DNA of 64,000 nucleotides from Dimorphilus gyrociliatus (lineage: Eukaryota; Animalia; Annelida): the NCBI GenBank assembly GCA_904063045.1, contig CAJFCJ010000027.1, positions 496,001 to 560,000 on the forward strand. The letters run 5' to 3'. The notes beneath the pieces were generated by a model. It ran no database searches. It was not told where the DNA came from and saw only the letters and a program-made list of their open reading frames with translations. The stretch's first letter is position 1. The number at the start of each line of letters is the position of its first letter. The translations under genes were made by a program, and so were the position numbers. Positions 13,301 to 25,765 of this stretch are shown here, piece by piece.

Positions 13301-15359
13301 GTATAAAAGCAGAGTTTGCAATTTTTTAAGAAAGTTATAAATAATGTATTTCTTTTGATATGGCATATTTACTTTAAAATTTTATTCAGGATTGTTATTG
13401 TCTTTATTATAAATTAATTTACCTTAGGGCAAGAAAATTATAAGAGTTTCCCCTTCTTTTTCCATATTATTATTCCCTGCTTAGTACTGTACTCTTCTTT
13501 CTCCCCATTTTCTTTCTATCTATCTTTTTTTCCATTATTTACCTTCGTTAAAGGGAAAATTAACTTTGCGTTCTCAAAATAAATTAACCTACAATATGAT
13601 GAGGAAACTGAGCTTTAACGAATTCTTATTTTAATAGTCTGATATAAAATGTACACAACAGTGAAATATTTGTATAGAATCGATGAGAAAGTAGAAGTCA
13701 AAAGTACTTGATTAGTATATCTCTATATTGTTGAGTGTTAAGAATATCTCAGGTACAGAATGGGATCAAATTAAACTTTATATTGATTTTTTTCTTGTAT
13801 AAATCAAGATCAAACATAAAAATGAGTGTTATAAATTACAATAAATAAGAATAGACTAAATTTGGTGGTTCGAAATAATTTAAGGTAGTCTAAATGAAAT
13901 TGTTTTGCATTTAGTTTTATATTCTAACCTCGATGAGAAATAAATTTATTTTTCATTCTTTTCTTTAAGATAAATCGTTTTTGTCAAACAGAAATTAAAT
14001 AATATAAGTACATTCTCTAATGTAAAAGCATTCCTATTTCCATACTCCATTACTGCTTTTTTAATCATTACCATGGGCAAATTTTATGCTTAATATTCAT
14101 ATGAATTTTCTGCTAACATATAAGAATGGAATCATTCAGTATCAAATACTTAGAAGCACTTATATAGGGATTTATAATCAAATATAAAATTATTAATTAT
14201 TGACTTTTAGTCCTTTGATAAACCTGAATTAAATTTCTTGTCTGTTGGACCTTTCATTTTTCACATTTTTTTGTAGTTTATAATATTTAGTCTCTACTCT
14301 CTTTCTCTCTCTCCTTCTCTTTCTCATTTCTCACCCATTCTCCTTCGTCATCAGTTTATCGAAGGTAAACTTAATAATGGAGACAATTCTCTTTTAATAT
14401 AATAAATTATATAAAAAAATTGCAGTTAAATGTTAACTTGAAAATAGTTCAAAGGTTGAAAGCTAACAACACTTAACTTGGAAAATAGTTGAAGTTAATC
14501 TTTCCCTAATCTATTAAGCTAATATTGATCAATCATTTATTTATGTATTCTATGTCAGTTAAGAATTTTATAGTCTTCTATTTCGTTTTTCCATTGTCTG
14601 GAATGTTCTATTACATTTAATTATATAAAATAGTCAACTTTACATCATACTTACCTTTTTTATATAAACACCATTTTTTCTTCTTTTTACCAAACAACGC
14701 TCTGTCCAAAACATTTCAGTCTACATTTGTAGATAAGTCTTTCAAAATCATAGCAAATATGGTAAAACAGTTTCTTGTTTTTATACTTTAGTCCAGTTCT
14801 TTTTTTTGCGTTACTCATCATCCCTACTTTATCTTTTAGCCTGGAAGGTTACACCAAGCTTTTTAGAAGAGTTTTTATGACGTCACAAGAGACTAGAAAG
14901 GAATCTATACTTGAAGTATTAGTAGATTAAACCCCCGTTTTCATGACATAACTCTAAATAACAATTTGTTATTGACTCGTCCAGTTGGATAAAAACAATC
15001 ATAGCGGATTTTAGAGATAATCAGGAACGAGAACGAATAGCTGTGGTATTTCCGTACGTTCCAGCAAAACATCAATTACGTATAGGTTTACAGGTACAGA
15101 ATTATATTTACAAGTGCAAGAATGATTTTCATCGATTACCGTCTATCTTTAACAATTTAGTAACATTAAGCAAAGACGAATATGAAAATAAATAAACTTA
15201 CAAAAAAATGAAGCATGTTTGTTTTTTTATCTGATAGAGTATATAAAAAGAATAACGTTCCTTCTTTCAATATATAAAGACAGTATATATTATATAAAGA
15301 TATAGATAGTCTAACTGCTTCTGCTTTCTAGATTTTTGCTATTTTTTACTTCTCTTTCA

Positions 15360-15395
<36 letters not shown>

Positions 15396-16584
15396 CTCGT
15401 TGTATTTATTCACTTTATTTACCGTATAAACAAAAACTGATATGTAGTACATATCCCCTATAATGCTTCCGGGATTTCTGTGTTTTTTAAACGTGGTCTA
15501 AAAGGTATTGAACATTTAAAAATATGTTGAGAGCTCTCGGTAAATTCTACAGTAAATTAGACAATGAGACAAGCAGTGCAAACCTGCTGAAAAATAAAAA
15601 CGAGAAGTAGTTTAATTATCAAAGGTATTATAATCAACATCCAAACAATAGGTATCACGCAATTTTCGAATAGAATACTCGGCTACTTTGCGTGCCCAAC
15701 AAACTCTTTGTCAGTTAGAACGTTCGATGAGGCCGTTTTTGCAAAGTAAAGCAGTCCTTCTAATCGACGACGCCACTTTTTTTCACAAAATTGACTCGGA
15801 CAGGCGGTGAAAAGGCCACTTTGTCGCCCGTCTAATGCTTTGCCCTCATACTTTACCATTCGACGCTCGTTAGACACTCTTTTAGAGAAGGAGTGATGTA
15901 GATTTTTTTCTTTTACTGTTTTTTATTCCAACTATATAATTTATTTTTAGCTAAACTGTTAAAAACGCTTTTGATCTGTCCAACTTTAATATCTGATACG
16001 CTTATGTATATAAATATATACAATACATTCGAAAATATTACATTTATTACTTTATAGCATAAAACTAGCTCTTAGTTGCTTAGAGAATGATAAAAAACGT
16101 CAGATGTAATAAACGCTTCATTTCATTTCACTTTTGTTTTAGACGTCATTGAGTTGTTGGAAGCAATTGAAACAACTTTTTAATTATTTTATAAATATTA
16201 ATAAATTCAAGGAGAAACAATCATTGTTTATAATAGTTTTCTTTTCTTTGTCATCCTATCCTTTCTTCTTGATATAGAAGAAGATATATATATATATATA
16301 TATTCAATGTTAGCTTAACGCACGCGACTAGTGACGCATTACACAAAAGTATGTGTAGGGTCAAAGAATAAGAATGCATATTCTCTCATTTACATATGTC
16401 GACGTTTCAACGCATTTAAATAGCTTAAGATATTCATAATTTTTTTGTATCTAATAGTACAAGAAGTAGTATTTCATACTGGAAGAAGATTCTATTGATA
16501 GTGAGTGACGCTGAACAAGACGAATTTGATGTAGGTGACGCCTCTGTAGTGTCGCCTGTTGCAGTTAAGCGCCAAAAGCCGCCT

Positions 16585-19500
16585 ATGGCGTTCAATTTTG
16601 TTCTTCTTCTCTTCTCTATTATCGGAACCGAAAGTGTTACATCGTTAATTGGTGAAAGGTTTGGCGGTAAGAAAACTTAACTCTTTTACTGCTATCATTT
16701 CAGTCTAATTAACCTTTTATTGAGTACTAGACGAGGCTGATCTAATCAAATTTATCAATGTTTTTTTGTACAATAATAGTTCACTTTTCGTAAATATTTA
16801 TGACAAATGCACTATTAAATATTTAAATTTTCAGTAGAATAGCGTAAGGTTTCTCCAATATACTTTAATCCTAATTTACAGCTATTAGACCTTGTAAAAG
16901 TTTTATTACATTTTCACCTTTTTGTCATTCCCAATACAGAAAGGGGTGATAAAAAGGATTATAGCTCAACAACTGTTTAAAAACAGAGAGATAGAGAGAA
17001 AAAACAGAGAGAACACATTGTTAATAATGATATTTTTCTCGTTCGATATTCTTATTCACAAAGTATGGTGACAAAAGCCAACGCTTTGTTAAAAAGTCGT
17101 CACGCAGACAAAAAAAGTGTCGAAGTCCTATAAATGAAAGCACTACTGTAAAGGAAGAGTTTCCGCGGCGTCTAGTAAATTAAGCGGTTCCTATCAAAAA
17201 TATTTTGTTAAGATAGAATGAGATGTAAAAAATAGGAAGACCTGTATCTCTATAATTGTTATTCAGTTGACCGTATTATTAGAAAAAGGAAGGTGTATAC
17301 AAGTCAAAAAAGTTACTTTTTCTTTGTTTTTTTTTCCTTTTTATTATTCATTATATATTATTATAGAGAAAGAGAGATAGAGGGAGAGAAAGAGAGAGAA
17401 AGAGAGTCATATCTGCATAATATAAAAAATTTAGTAACTTATTTTTATCTTTTAGATTTTCGTCTCTAAAAATCGTTAGAAATGAAATTATACTTAATGT
17501 CCTTTATAGATACCCAAAGGTGGAAAACTTTTTGAAATATCTACTAACATATAACTGTACTGTTATGTAACTTACTGGTTATTTATTATCATATACTATT
17601 ATATTAGTTTAAGATAATTACAAATAACGCAATAATCAAAATATTCTTTTTGAGCCCTTTGTTTTATTATTTCCTCTCTTTTTTTTCTTCCTTCCTTCCC
17701 TTTCTAATTTTACTTTTTCTCTATTTAAAACTATAATTATCCATACTTTAAGTATTATACCCGCAAAGAACAGACTGGTTAGTAAACTCGAAAAATGACA
17801 GACTAATCGGATTAGATGCGTATGTAAAAACTCTTTAAAAAGTAATATTAGTACTAAATGCATTAGTATGTAATATGAGTCAATACCGAATTGCTTTGAA
17901 AAGCCGGCTTAGTACGTAATAAAAGAAATGCAATATAAAAAACAGATATTTTTATTGACTATATAAGGTCAGACAGCTCTTCGCATAAAAACTTTTCCAT
18001 AAATATCCTTTATATGTTTTATTATATATAATTAACATTTTCTAGCTACACTTTTCATATTTACTTACTCCAAATGAGAAATATATACAACTCATTCATT
18101 TAACCCTTTAAGGCATTATACGATTGAATATCATTAATTAAGTAACATTCGCACAATTTTATTTATACTCTATCTTCTCTTAGCATTTTATTCCAAGTTT
18201 AAAAACGGTAAATAACCAAAAATAGAATAGTACGAAAAGAAAATAAATGAATAACCTTCTTTCAAAAGCGTTTCTTAAATCTCTTTGTTCAAAAAATCGA
18301 CTTTTCTCTTCGTTTTCAATCGTTTATTCTCTCTCTCTTTCTCTTTCTCTCTCCTACACACACACACACACACACACATACAATTACCACACATCTTTCT
18401 CTCATAGTCGTTGTCTCTGATGTATCTCCAGCATCTTCTATTTCCTTTGTGCAAAACGTTTAAAAAATATTAAACATTCTAGTTTGCAATTCAAAGGGGA
18501 GGGAGAGGATAAGGAGAGAAAGAGAGAGAAAGAGAGAGATAGAGAAAAAGAAAAAAAAGAGAGAAAGAAAGTGAAAGCAAGAGAAAGAAAGAAAGAAAGC
18601 AAGAGAAAAAAGGAGAAAGAAAAAGAAATTAAAAATTATTGATTTATAAATATTCCATCATAAAATAAGGCATACGGTACAAAAGACAACACGCAATAAC
18701 AATATGTATATCAAAAATTAACATTTAATATTATTAATCATGATAATGATGGAGCAATAGAATTAGGAAATGTCTAATTTTCCTATTTGTTTGATATTCC
18801 TTGAAACTCATATATTGAATTGTTCAAGTTTTTTTCCGATATTTTTCAATTAATGCCTCGTTTCTTTAAAAACTTTGTCGCAAAAGTTTTTAAATGCCAC
18901 TATGATTATGAATTGAATATATTGATTATTCATATAATTAGTGGAAACATAATTTAAGTAGTAATGGATATACGAAGAATTTATCTTACGTATTGCCTTT
19001 TAAAGAAATATGATACGTCTAGTACGCTATTACACATCTTATTTTATAATCAATGATAAATTGATTATTTTGTGGTGCGCGTGCAAACAACGGTTTGTTT
19101 GATAGGGGGGTAAGGATTTAGAGATAGAGAAAGAGAAAAGAGTGAAAAAATACGAAGAGCCTAAGATAAAGAAGTGTTTTGTACATGGGAGAGCCCTCTT
19201 TAATGTAAATAGCCTATATGAAAACCAATATAACGTATATATTGTTTAATAAAAGTAATCTCGTGTTTTTTGTTCTTTTCTAATTTAGTAGATATGTTAA
19301 TAACATAATTCTTGATGTGTATAAAAATAATGGTTCATATGTGAAATATAGGTTTTTAATACTATAATAATTAATACGTTTTTTGTAAGATTAGCGTTAA
19401 TATTTCCTCTTTCTTCTCTCTCTCTCTCTCTCCCTAAATATAAGTGTATTAAGACTCTTAAATAGAAAAAGATTATTAATCTTTGTGTATTTCTAATTAA

Positions 19501-20680
19501 GAGGAAAAGAGAGCAAAACATATTATAATATACTATTGTATTGATAAGGGATAAAGAAATCATGTAAAATCTATAACTAATTAAGCATTCTGTTTGTAAA
19601 TGTTTCTTATACTTGTACTATGCCATATATAGCCAATAAAACAGCTATTTCTAAAGTATATACTGTACACATTCCCCCTTGTTTTAATATAAAGATTCTT
19701 CTTGTTTAGTTTTACTAAGGTTTTTTTTAATAAGTGACATTATAAATGATTCAAAAGAAATATAGATAGCTACACTTTTCCTTTTTAATAGATTGACATC
19801 TTGTAATGAAATCGATTCGTCTAAATAATAAATATGAAAAATTAAGTGAAATTTTCATTAGAAATACAATGGAACTATGAACAAATTATTGGAAATTAAA
19901 AGATATTGGCTTGTTTAAATATTGAATAATTATTTTCCATGAATATTCATATTTATATTGTATGAATATTTAAATAAGGTTAAAATATATATTCTAACTA
20001 AAACCAGTATATAGTGTACGTTTAGCTTTAATAGATGTATAGTTGTAACCATTTTAAGGTTACTTATTAAGAAAAAGATAGCTAGAAATTGCTGGTAATC
20101 GGAAAGTGAAAGTAGCCAATTTACTAGAGATTATAAAGTTATATTAAAGACGCGTTAAATATTAGAAAAAATAGAGTAAATTCTTCTATCTTGCGCTAGA
20201 TTTCATAAATCTACTTATCCTATTCATGCTAATGAAAATTAAAGATACACACTTGTCATAAGATAAATCAGTGCTCATTATAATAAAAGTCTCTTTTCTA
20301 GCATAGTTCTAATCTTCGATTCGAAATAAAAAATGACTTAAATTAAAAGAGAGATAGAGCATAAAAAAAATGTTACTTTGATTACTTCACATTATGATGT
20401 AAGGGTGTAGTATGAAAAAAAATATCTATACTGGTGGAATGTATAATAAAATCATTATAAATTCCATTTGGCTATTGGTGATGACATTTTTTAACCAGAT
20501 AAAACGAATAGAAAGCATGTATTCTTCTAAAAATATATTCCGTAAATTAATATCAAAATTTGATCTATCTGAAGTTATATATGTATAACTGTAATCTATA
20601 AATAGGCTTTCCTTTGGATTATCCTTTGAAGTAAGCTACATTATCGATCATACCTACGATTTTACAACTATGTATTCTTG

Positions 20681-20715
<35 letters not shown>

Positions 20716-20990
20716 AACAGCTTTCAGGATGTGCGAATAGATGGTATTTGAAGGCTAATTAGGTAGAAAAGAAAAGCCTTTTCCTTACCTTGTTTTAAGA
20801 ATTTACTATAAAGATATATTTATAAAAGAAAACATCATTTACTAATCTTCTTGCAAACTAAAAACTATCTGTACTTGTAATTAGACTGGGCATTAATTGC
20901 AATTTTTTCATCACTTAATAAACCCTACAATTCTTCGTTATTTATTATCATTTCTTTTCTTTTTTTGTAATTAAATCCTTCTCTCCCTTC

Positions 20991-21024
<34 letters not shown>

Positions 21025-24000
21025 TTCGTCTGACCTTTGTGACGTAATTTACTTTTATACAATTGAAAAAGAGTAAAAGCTATTTTTTATCATATGATCA
21101 CTTTTAACAAGAGCAAAAATTGCAAAAACATTCTATATTTACACTTTTTTGTGTTTTCAAATATCAATTATATTCTGTAAAAGAGTAAAAGTATAATATA
21201 TTTCTATGTACTGACATCTTTAGTAAAATGAACTTAAAGGCTTTTTTCTTTTTATTTCTTTCAGGTAAAGCGTTCACTTGTAAATCTCTGGAATCAATTA
21301 ATATTTCGTGCCTACCAAACGAAGTGTTGAGAATATCCAGCGCCTTTTTTGGTACTTTTAGAGATAGTAACTGTTTTGATGATTCAGTAATTTCAATACC
21401 CCAATGCGCTGTTGATATTACGATGTACCTGTCAAGAAAATGCTCGGCTCTTCCAAGTTGCTCTTTGACTATTCCGGATGAGAACATATCGAAGAGTTTT
21501 AGCTTGTTCGAAAGTAGAAATAAGGAGGCTTGTCGGAGGGCGGCCCCTTTTATGAAAACCCTTTTCTCCTACTATTCATGTGTACCAGTCGAAGTTAAAG
21601 GTATAGTTTTCTTGCATCATTTCAGTTCTATAAGTTTCCTATCTTGTCGTATACATTACAAAGATATCTAAAATGTAAGAAATAATTGATCATTAATCGG
21701 TACGGTCTCAATTCAATAGCGTATCACAGATACAAGGCAGGAAATAGACTATCCGTCTTCCGTGCGGATAATTAATTGAATATTCTCAGTTATAGACTAA
21801 TGAAGAGTAATATAAAGCTGACATATTCTCATTTCTTTCCTAACGATAATATATACGAATATAGATTCATAAAGACATTGCGTATTACAGTTAAATTTGA
21901 TATTATTGCATAAATCACTGACTCTTACCAAAGTTCAAGTGATATCAAACGCTGCATTTATATCTATCTTTCCACTGCATTTGATATTATTTCACGGTAA
22001 TATCAAAAGAAAAAGAAACTGTTAAGTGATTATATGAAGTGTGTATAAACAGCCTTTTATGTGTATTGCGTATATACAGTATATATCTATATATATACAG
22101 TATATACTGTATATACTGAATATACAATATCTGTTCAATGTACATAACATTAAATAGAATTCCATATGTAAAGTCTTTGCTTACGATACTAGTTGTATTG
22201 TGTATGAAGCGTACGATTGTTTTTTCCGTATGAATAACAAATGAACAGTATTTTTTTAATCAGTTTTAGCTGCAAAATGATTAATCACCTTATTCATTGT
22301 TTATGTTCTATAGATTTTTTATTTAATTATTCAAATTTTACATATTTTTTTGTGTTTTGTATAAAGGTAACTGCGAAAGGGCACAGAACGTAATTAGCGC
22401 TAACTCAGGATACTTAAGCCCAAAGATAAGACGCTGCACCATCACATGGCTCTTTCGGGCAGGAATCGGGCAACGCTGGAAGTTCACTTTGATTGACTAT
22501 TCAACTGGCTTAAGCCAACATAACTGCGCTTTCATGACTATTGCTGATATTGAATCAAAGAGGAACCTATCAAACGTATGTCACGCTAACGAGCCCTCAC
22601 TAAGCAAAGGTCACGAGGTTAGGGTCACCTTTCACTACTCTCCAAACTCATCCAACTTTCTACTACATTATGAAGGTAAGCATTTTTTTGCATTATCCTA
22701 AAGGCTATTCAAGAAAAGAATTATAGCCAAGAGTCATCACCTTAACGAATACATTAAGCGTAAATTTAATAAAGAATGGGAAATGATTTCATTACATCTT
22801 ATTTCTGCAATGTAAAATATGATTAAAACAATTGAACCTCTCGTAAATAAAGAGATTTCTATTTCTAAATATCAACGTACTATTACCATTCACAAAACTA
22901 ATCAGTATAGGCCTAGGTTGTTTGATTAATGCATATAGGACATGACGATCCAGGTTTGTTTGACTCCAATTTATGCATTCTTCCAAAATAAAAATTTACG
23001 AAAAAACGATTAACTTTCTTAACGGAATAGAAAAACAGAGAGAGAGATAGGATGAATTCAATATTTTACAATGTTTACAATTCCAAAACTAAGGAATAGA
23101 ATTATTAGGAGAAGAAGAATAAGATTGTATTCCTTTGTTATTATTTTAATTGAGCTGTATCATTCGTCATTTATCTTTTTTTTTTTCCAATTCATAAACA
23201 AATTGAATAGTAGTCAATCAATGCACGATCGGTTTAACGCTCGTTTTTTTTATTATTTAAAAGAATATAAACAATGTAGAGTTTATAACATGTAAACCTG
23301 TATTTAGACATCTACAATTTACACTTCATATACGTTATTTAAAAGTTGTTAATAAAAAGGTAGAAATTATGCTTATCTTTCTATTATACAGTATATCTAT
23401 ATACTGTACTTTTATATTAAAAATGTCTTTTCAATTTACAAGAGTGGAAGGAATTATGTGGTTTTTAAAGATATATATATCTATATATACAGTATATATA
23501 GACATATATACAGTATATATACAGTATATATATATTACCTCTTCATATTCTTTTTACAATAAATTTCAATAGATTTTTGATTTTGGTGCATAAACTCTAT
23601 CTTTTTTTTGCCTTTGTTGTTTCTCTGCTCACGCATCTATATATATATAAGCTATAAATTTATATGTGCATATATAGCATATATGAATGTAAAAATAATA
23701 TAAGGGCACTCTGAATAAAACGTAGAGCACTCTCAGTGTACATGAAATAGACTGCCCTGATATTTCTGATGTTTTAAATATATAAGAGAGACAGCCATAG
23801 ATCCAGCTACCAGTAGGTAACTAGAAAATGTCATCTTTACCTTGTAGACATAAAACTATATGTCAATAAATATTTGGAGAATGCTTTAGACTGTATTTTG
23901 CAAGTAATGATGTAATAAAATTAATAAGGTTAAAATTTTTTATAGACTAATGATAAAGTATTTGTTAAAAGCCTTTAGTTTTTATTTTTTATAAGAAAGA

Positions 24001-25765
24001 CAGTATTTTTATAATCTTTTCAGTTATCGGGTGTAAAATTTACCAACCGGGAAAGAACGTATTCATTTCCTATTCGTCTTCCTCGGTCGTCCGTCTTAAA
24101 TGCAACTTCACCTCCGAACGCACTTGGAATTTGCAGTGTGTAAATAACAGCTGGTTAGGAGAAGTTCCGAATTGCGTGGCGTTCAATGTAGGCGTCACTT
24201 CCGGTTTATGGAACGGAGCCGCACTTTATATCGCCGTTGGCATTGGTATTCTCATTGCCTTCGTTCTACCAGTGGTCGTGCTCTTTTGTCTACGAACGTA
24301 TGTTGCTTTCCTCAAGTTTTTTTCATTATAGCAAACTATATAAAACGAATATGTGAACTCTATAATTAATTTACAAAATACTTCTCATAGTATCCGTCCT
24401 ATCAGTTGGTCCATTTACAAAAACGAAAATCAACCATATTACTAGGCATAACGTAAGATTATGAAAAAAACAAATTAATGTATATTCTCTCAATTAGGAA
24501 ATGCTTCGCTAGTCTGTCTAAATATAATATGGTGTTAAGTCGACTGGTACTAAATATAGCGCCTTGAGGAAGGCGTGGTATAATAAGTAGTCTTGAAAGA
24601 TAATTTTTTAATGGTTAAAGATAATACCACTAGAGGTGAACATAGAGCTAAGTACAACTTGAGGTTTTATCCCTCTCTTTTAAACTATGACAATGACATT
24701 GATGATGCAGTTGATAACCAAGAGCAATAGGAACGAAATTCTTTTTCAGATAGAAAAATAACCAGTACTAACAAAACACTCGGAAAACTTACCGTCAACT
24801 ATGTATAGGGATCATTGTTAGGCCAAATGAATCAGGACTTGTCCATTAGGCAGTACAACTTGCCCTATTTAGACAATACTAATGAATGATTGATCTATTC
24901 GACGAAATCTGTAGCATTTATTAGGAAAACGAATAGAACTAGACAAAAGTCGGTTAGGTGCACATTCTATGTTTATATTTCTAAATAACTTTGCTTGGCT
25001 AAATATTACAATAAAAAGAAAGACAGAAATACAGAATAAGCGTAACAGGAGAAGTAAAAACTAAAGAAACAAAGAAAGAAAGAGAGAAAGAGAGATAGCT
25101 AGATAAAGATAAATAGATAGGGAGAAAGAGAGTGAAAGAGAGTGAGAGAGAGTGAGAGAGAGTGAGAGAGAGGAAGAGAGAGAGAGAGAGAGAAAAAAGG
25201 AGAAGAGATAAACGAACTGTTAGCCTAATTTATCCAATTTAACTAAAGAGACTATTTTAATCTGTTTTTTTTTTGTTTTTTTCTCTTTAGGCGTCTACTA
25301 AACAAAAGACACTCAGGTGAAGAAACTCCAAATTCAATAACGTTAAAAGTCTCCCATAATGAAGTTTATAAAGAGTTAAATAACATAAAATTATTAACTG
25401 GGCAGTCTTCTCCTTGCTCTATTGCTTCCTCTTATGAACAAAGCCCTAAATCTGACTTTTTTCGTCATCAAAATACTTTGGACACATTTAGAAATCGGGC
25501 AGAAACTGTTTACGCAAGAGGACGACCTATCAGAAGTGTTGCAGCCAGGAACGCTCAACCAGAAGTACTGTATGACTTTTCAACTGTACGTCCTCTGACA
25601 GCTGTAGTAAAAACTGCTGATGACATACATATCTTTGAAACTGCTGCTCCAGACGATGGAGGATTAAATGTTTACGAGAAATCAGATGCTGATAGATTAA
25701 AAAAGAATAGCTATACATATGGAGAAAAATTAACAATACCGACTAATTGCAATTTCAAAATTTAA
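16585..25765 (+). CDS. Type I membrane protein: signal peptide - SUEL/Gal_lectin-like - CUB-like - Sushi/CCP-like - TM - Tyr-containing cytoplasmic tail, 491 aa
   Basis: join(16585..16666,21265..21600,22367..22675,24024..24297,25291..25765) = 1476 nt, with all junctions GT-AG and frame-consistent (phases 1,1,1,2). Exon 1 encodes signal peptide MAFNFVLLLFSIIGTESVTS. Exon 2 is C..I.ISC....LRISSAFFG...C...LSRKCS...SC...YSCV (SUEL-like). Exon 3 is SGYLS..CTITW...WKFTLIDY...FLLHYE (CUB-like). Exon 4 is VIGC...LKC...W.LQCVNNSWLGEVPNC plus TM ALYIAVGIGILIAFVLPVVVLFCL. Confidence 0.85.
22073..22113. repeat. Three TATAC[A/T]GTATA units embedded in a TA tract (putative Tc1/mariner excision footprints)
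   Basis: TACAGTA at 22075 and 22096, TACTGTA at 22105. This is one of many such clusters (see findings). The repeat is seen directly; the footprint interpretation is inference. Confidence 0.6.
23385..23528. repeat. TA-rich tract with five TAC[A/T]GTA units
   Basis: TACAGTA at 23387, 23488, 23509 and 23520; TACTGTA at 23402. Confidence 0.6.
25130..25195. repeat. (GA)n/(GAGAGAGAGT)n microsatellite
   Basis: Read directly from the sequence; lies in the last intron of the SUEL-CUB gene. Confidence 0.9.

Noticed and set aside
14962-15195. 77-codon start-less open frame on + (QFVIDSSSWIKTIIADFRDNQERERIAVVFPYVP...) with a possible acceptor
   Set aside because: No recognisable domain or compatible partner exons were found, and several open frames of this length are expected by chance in 64 kb.
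15660-15890. GC-elevated island with a GTG-started 64-aa minus-strand ORF
   Set aside because: There is no ATG, motif or splice chain. It is more likely a regulatory element upstream of the SUEL-CUB gene, but I cannot support a specific call.
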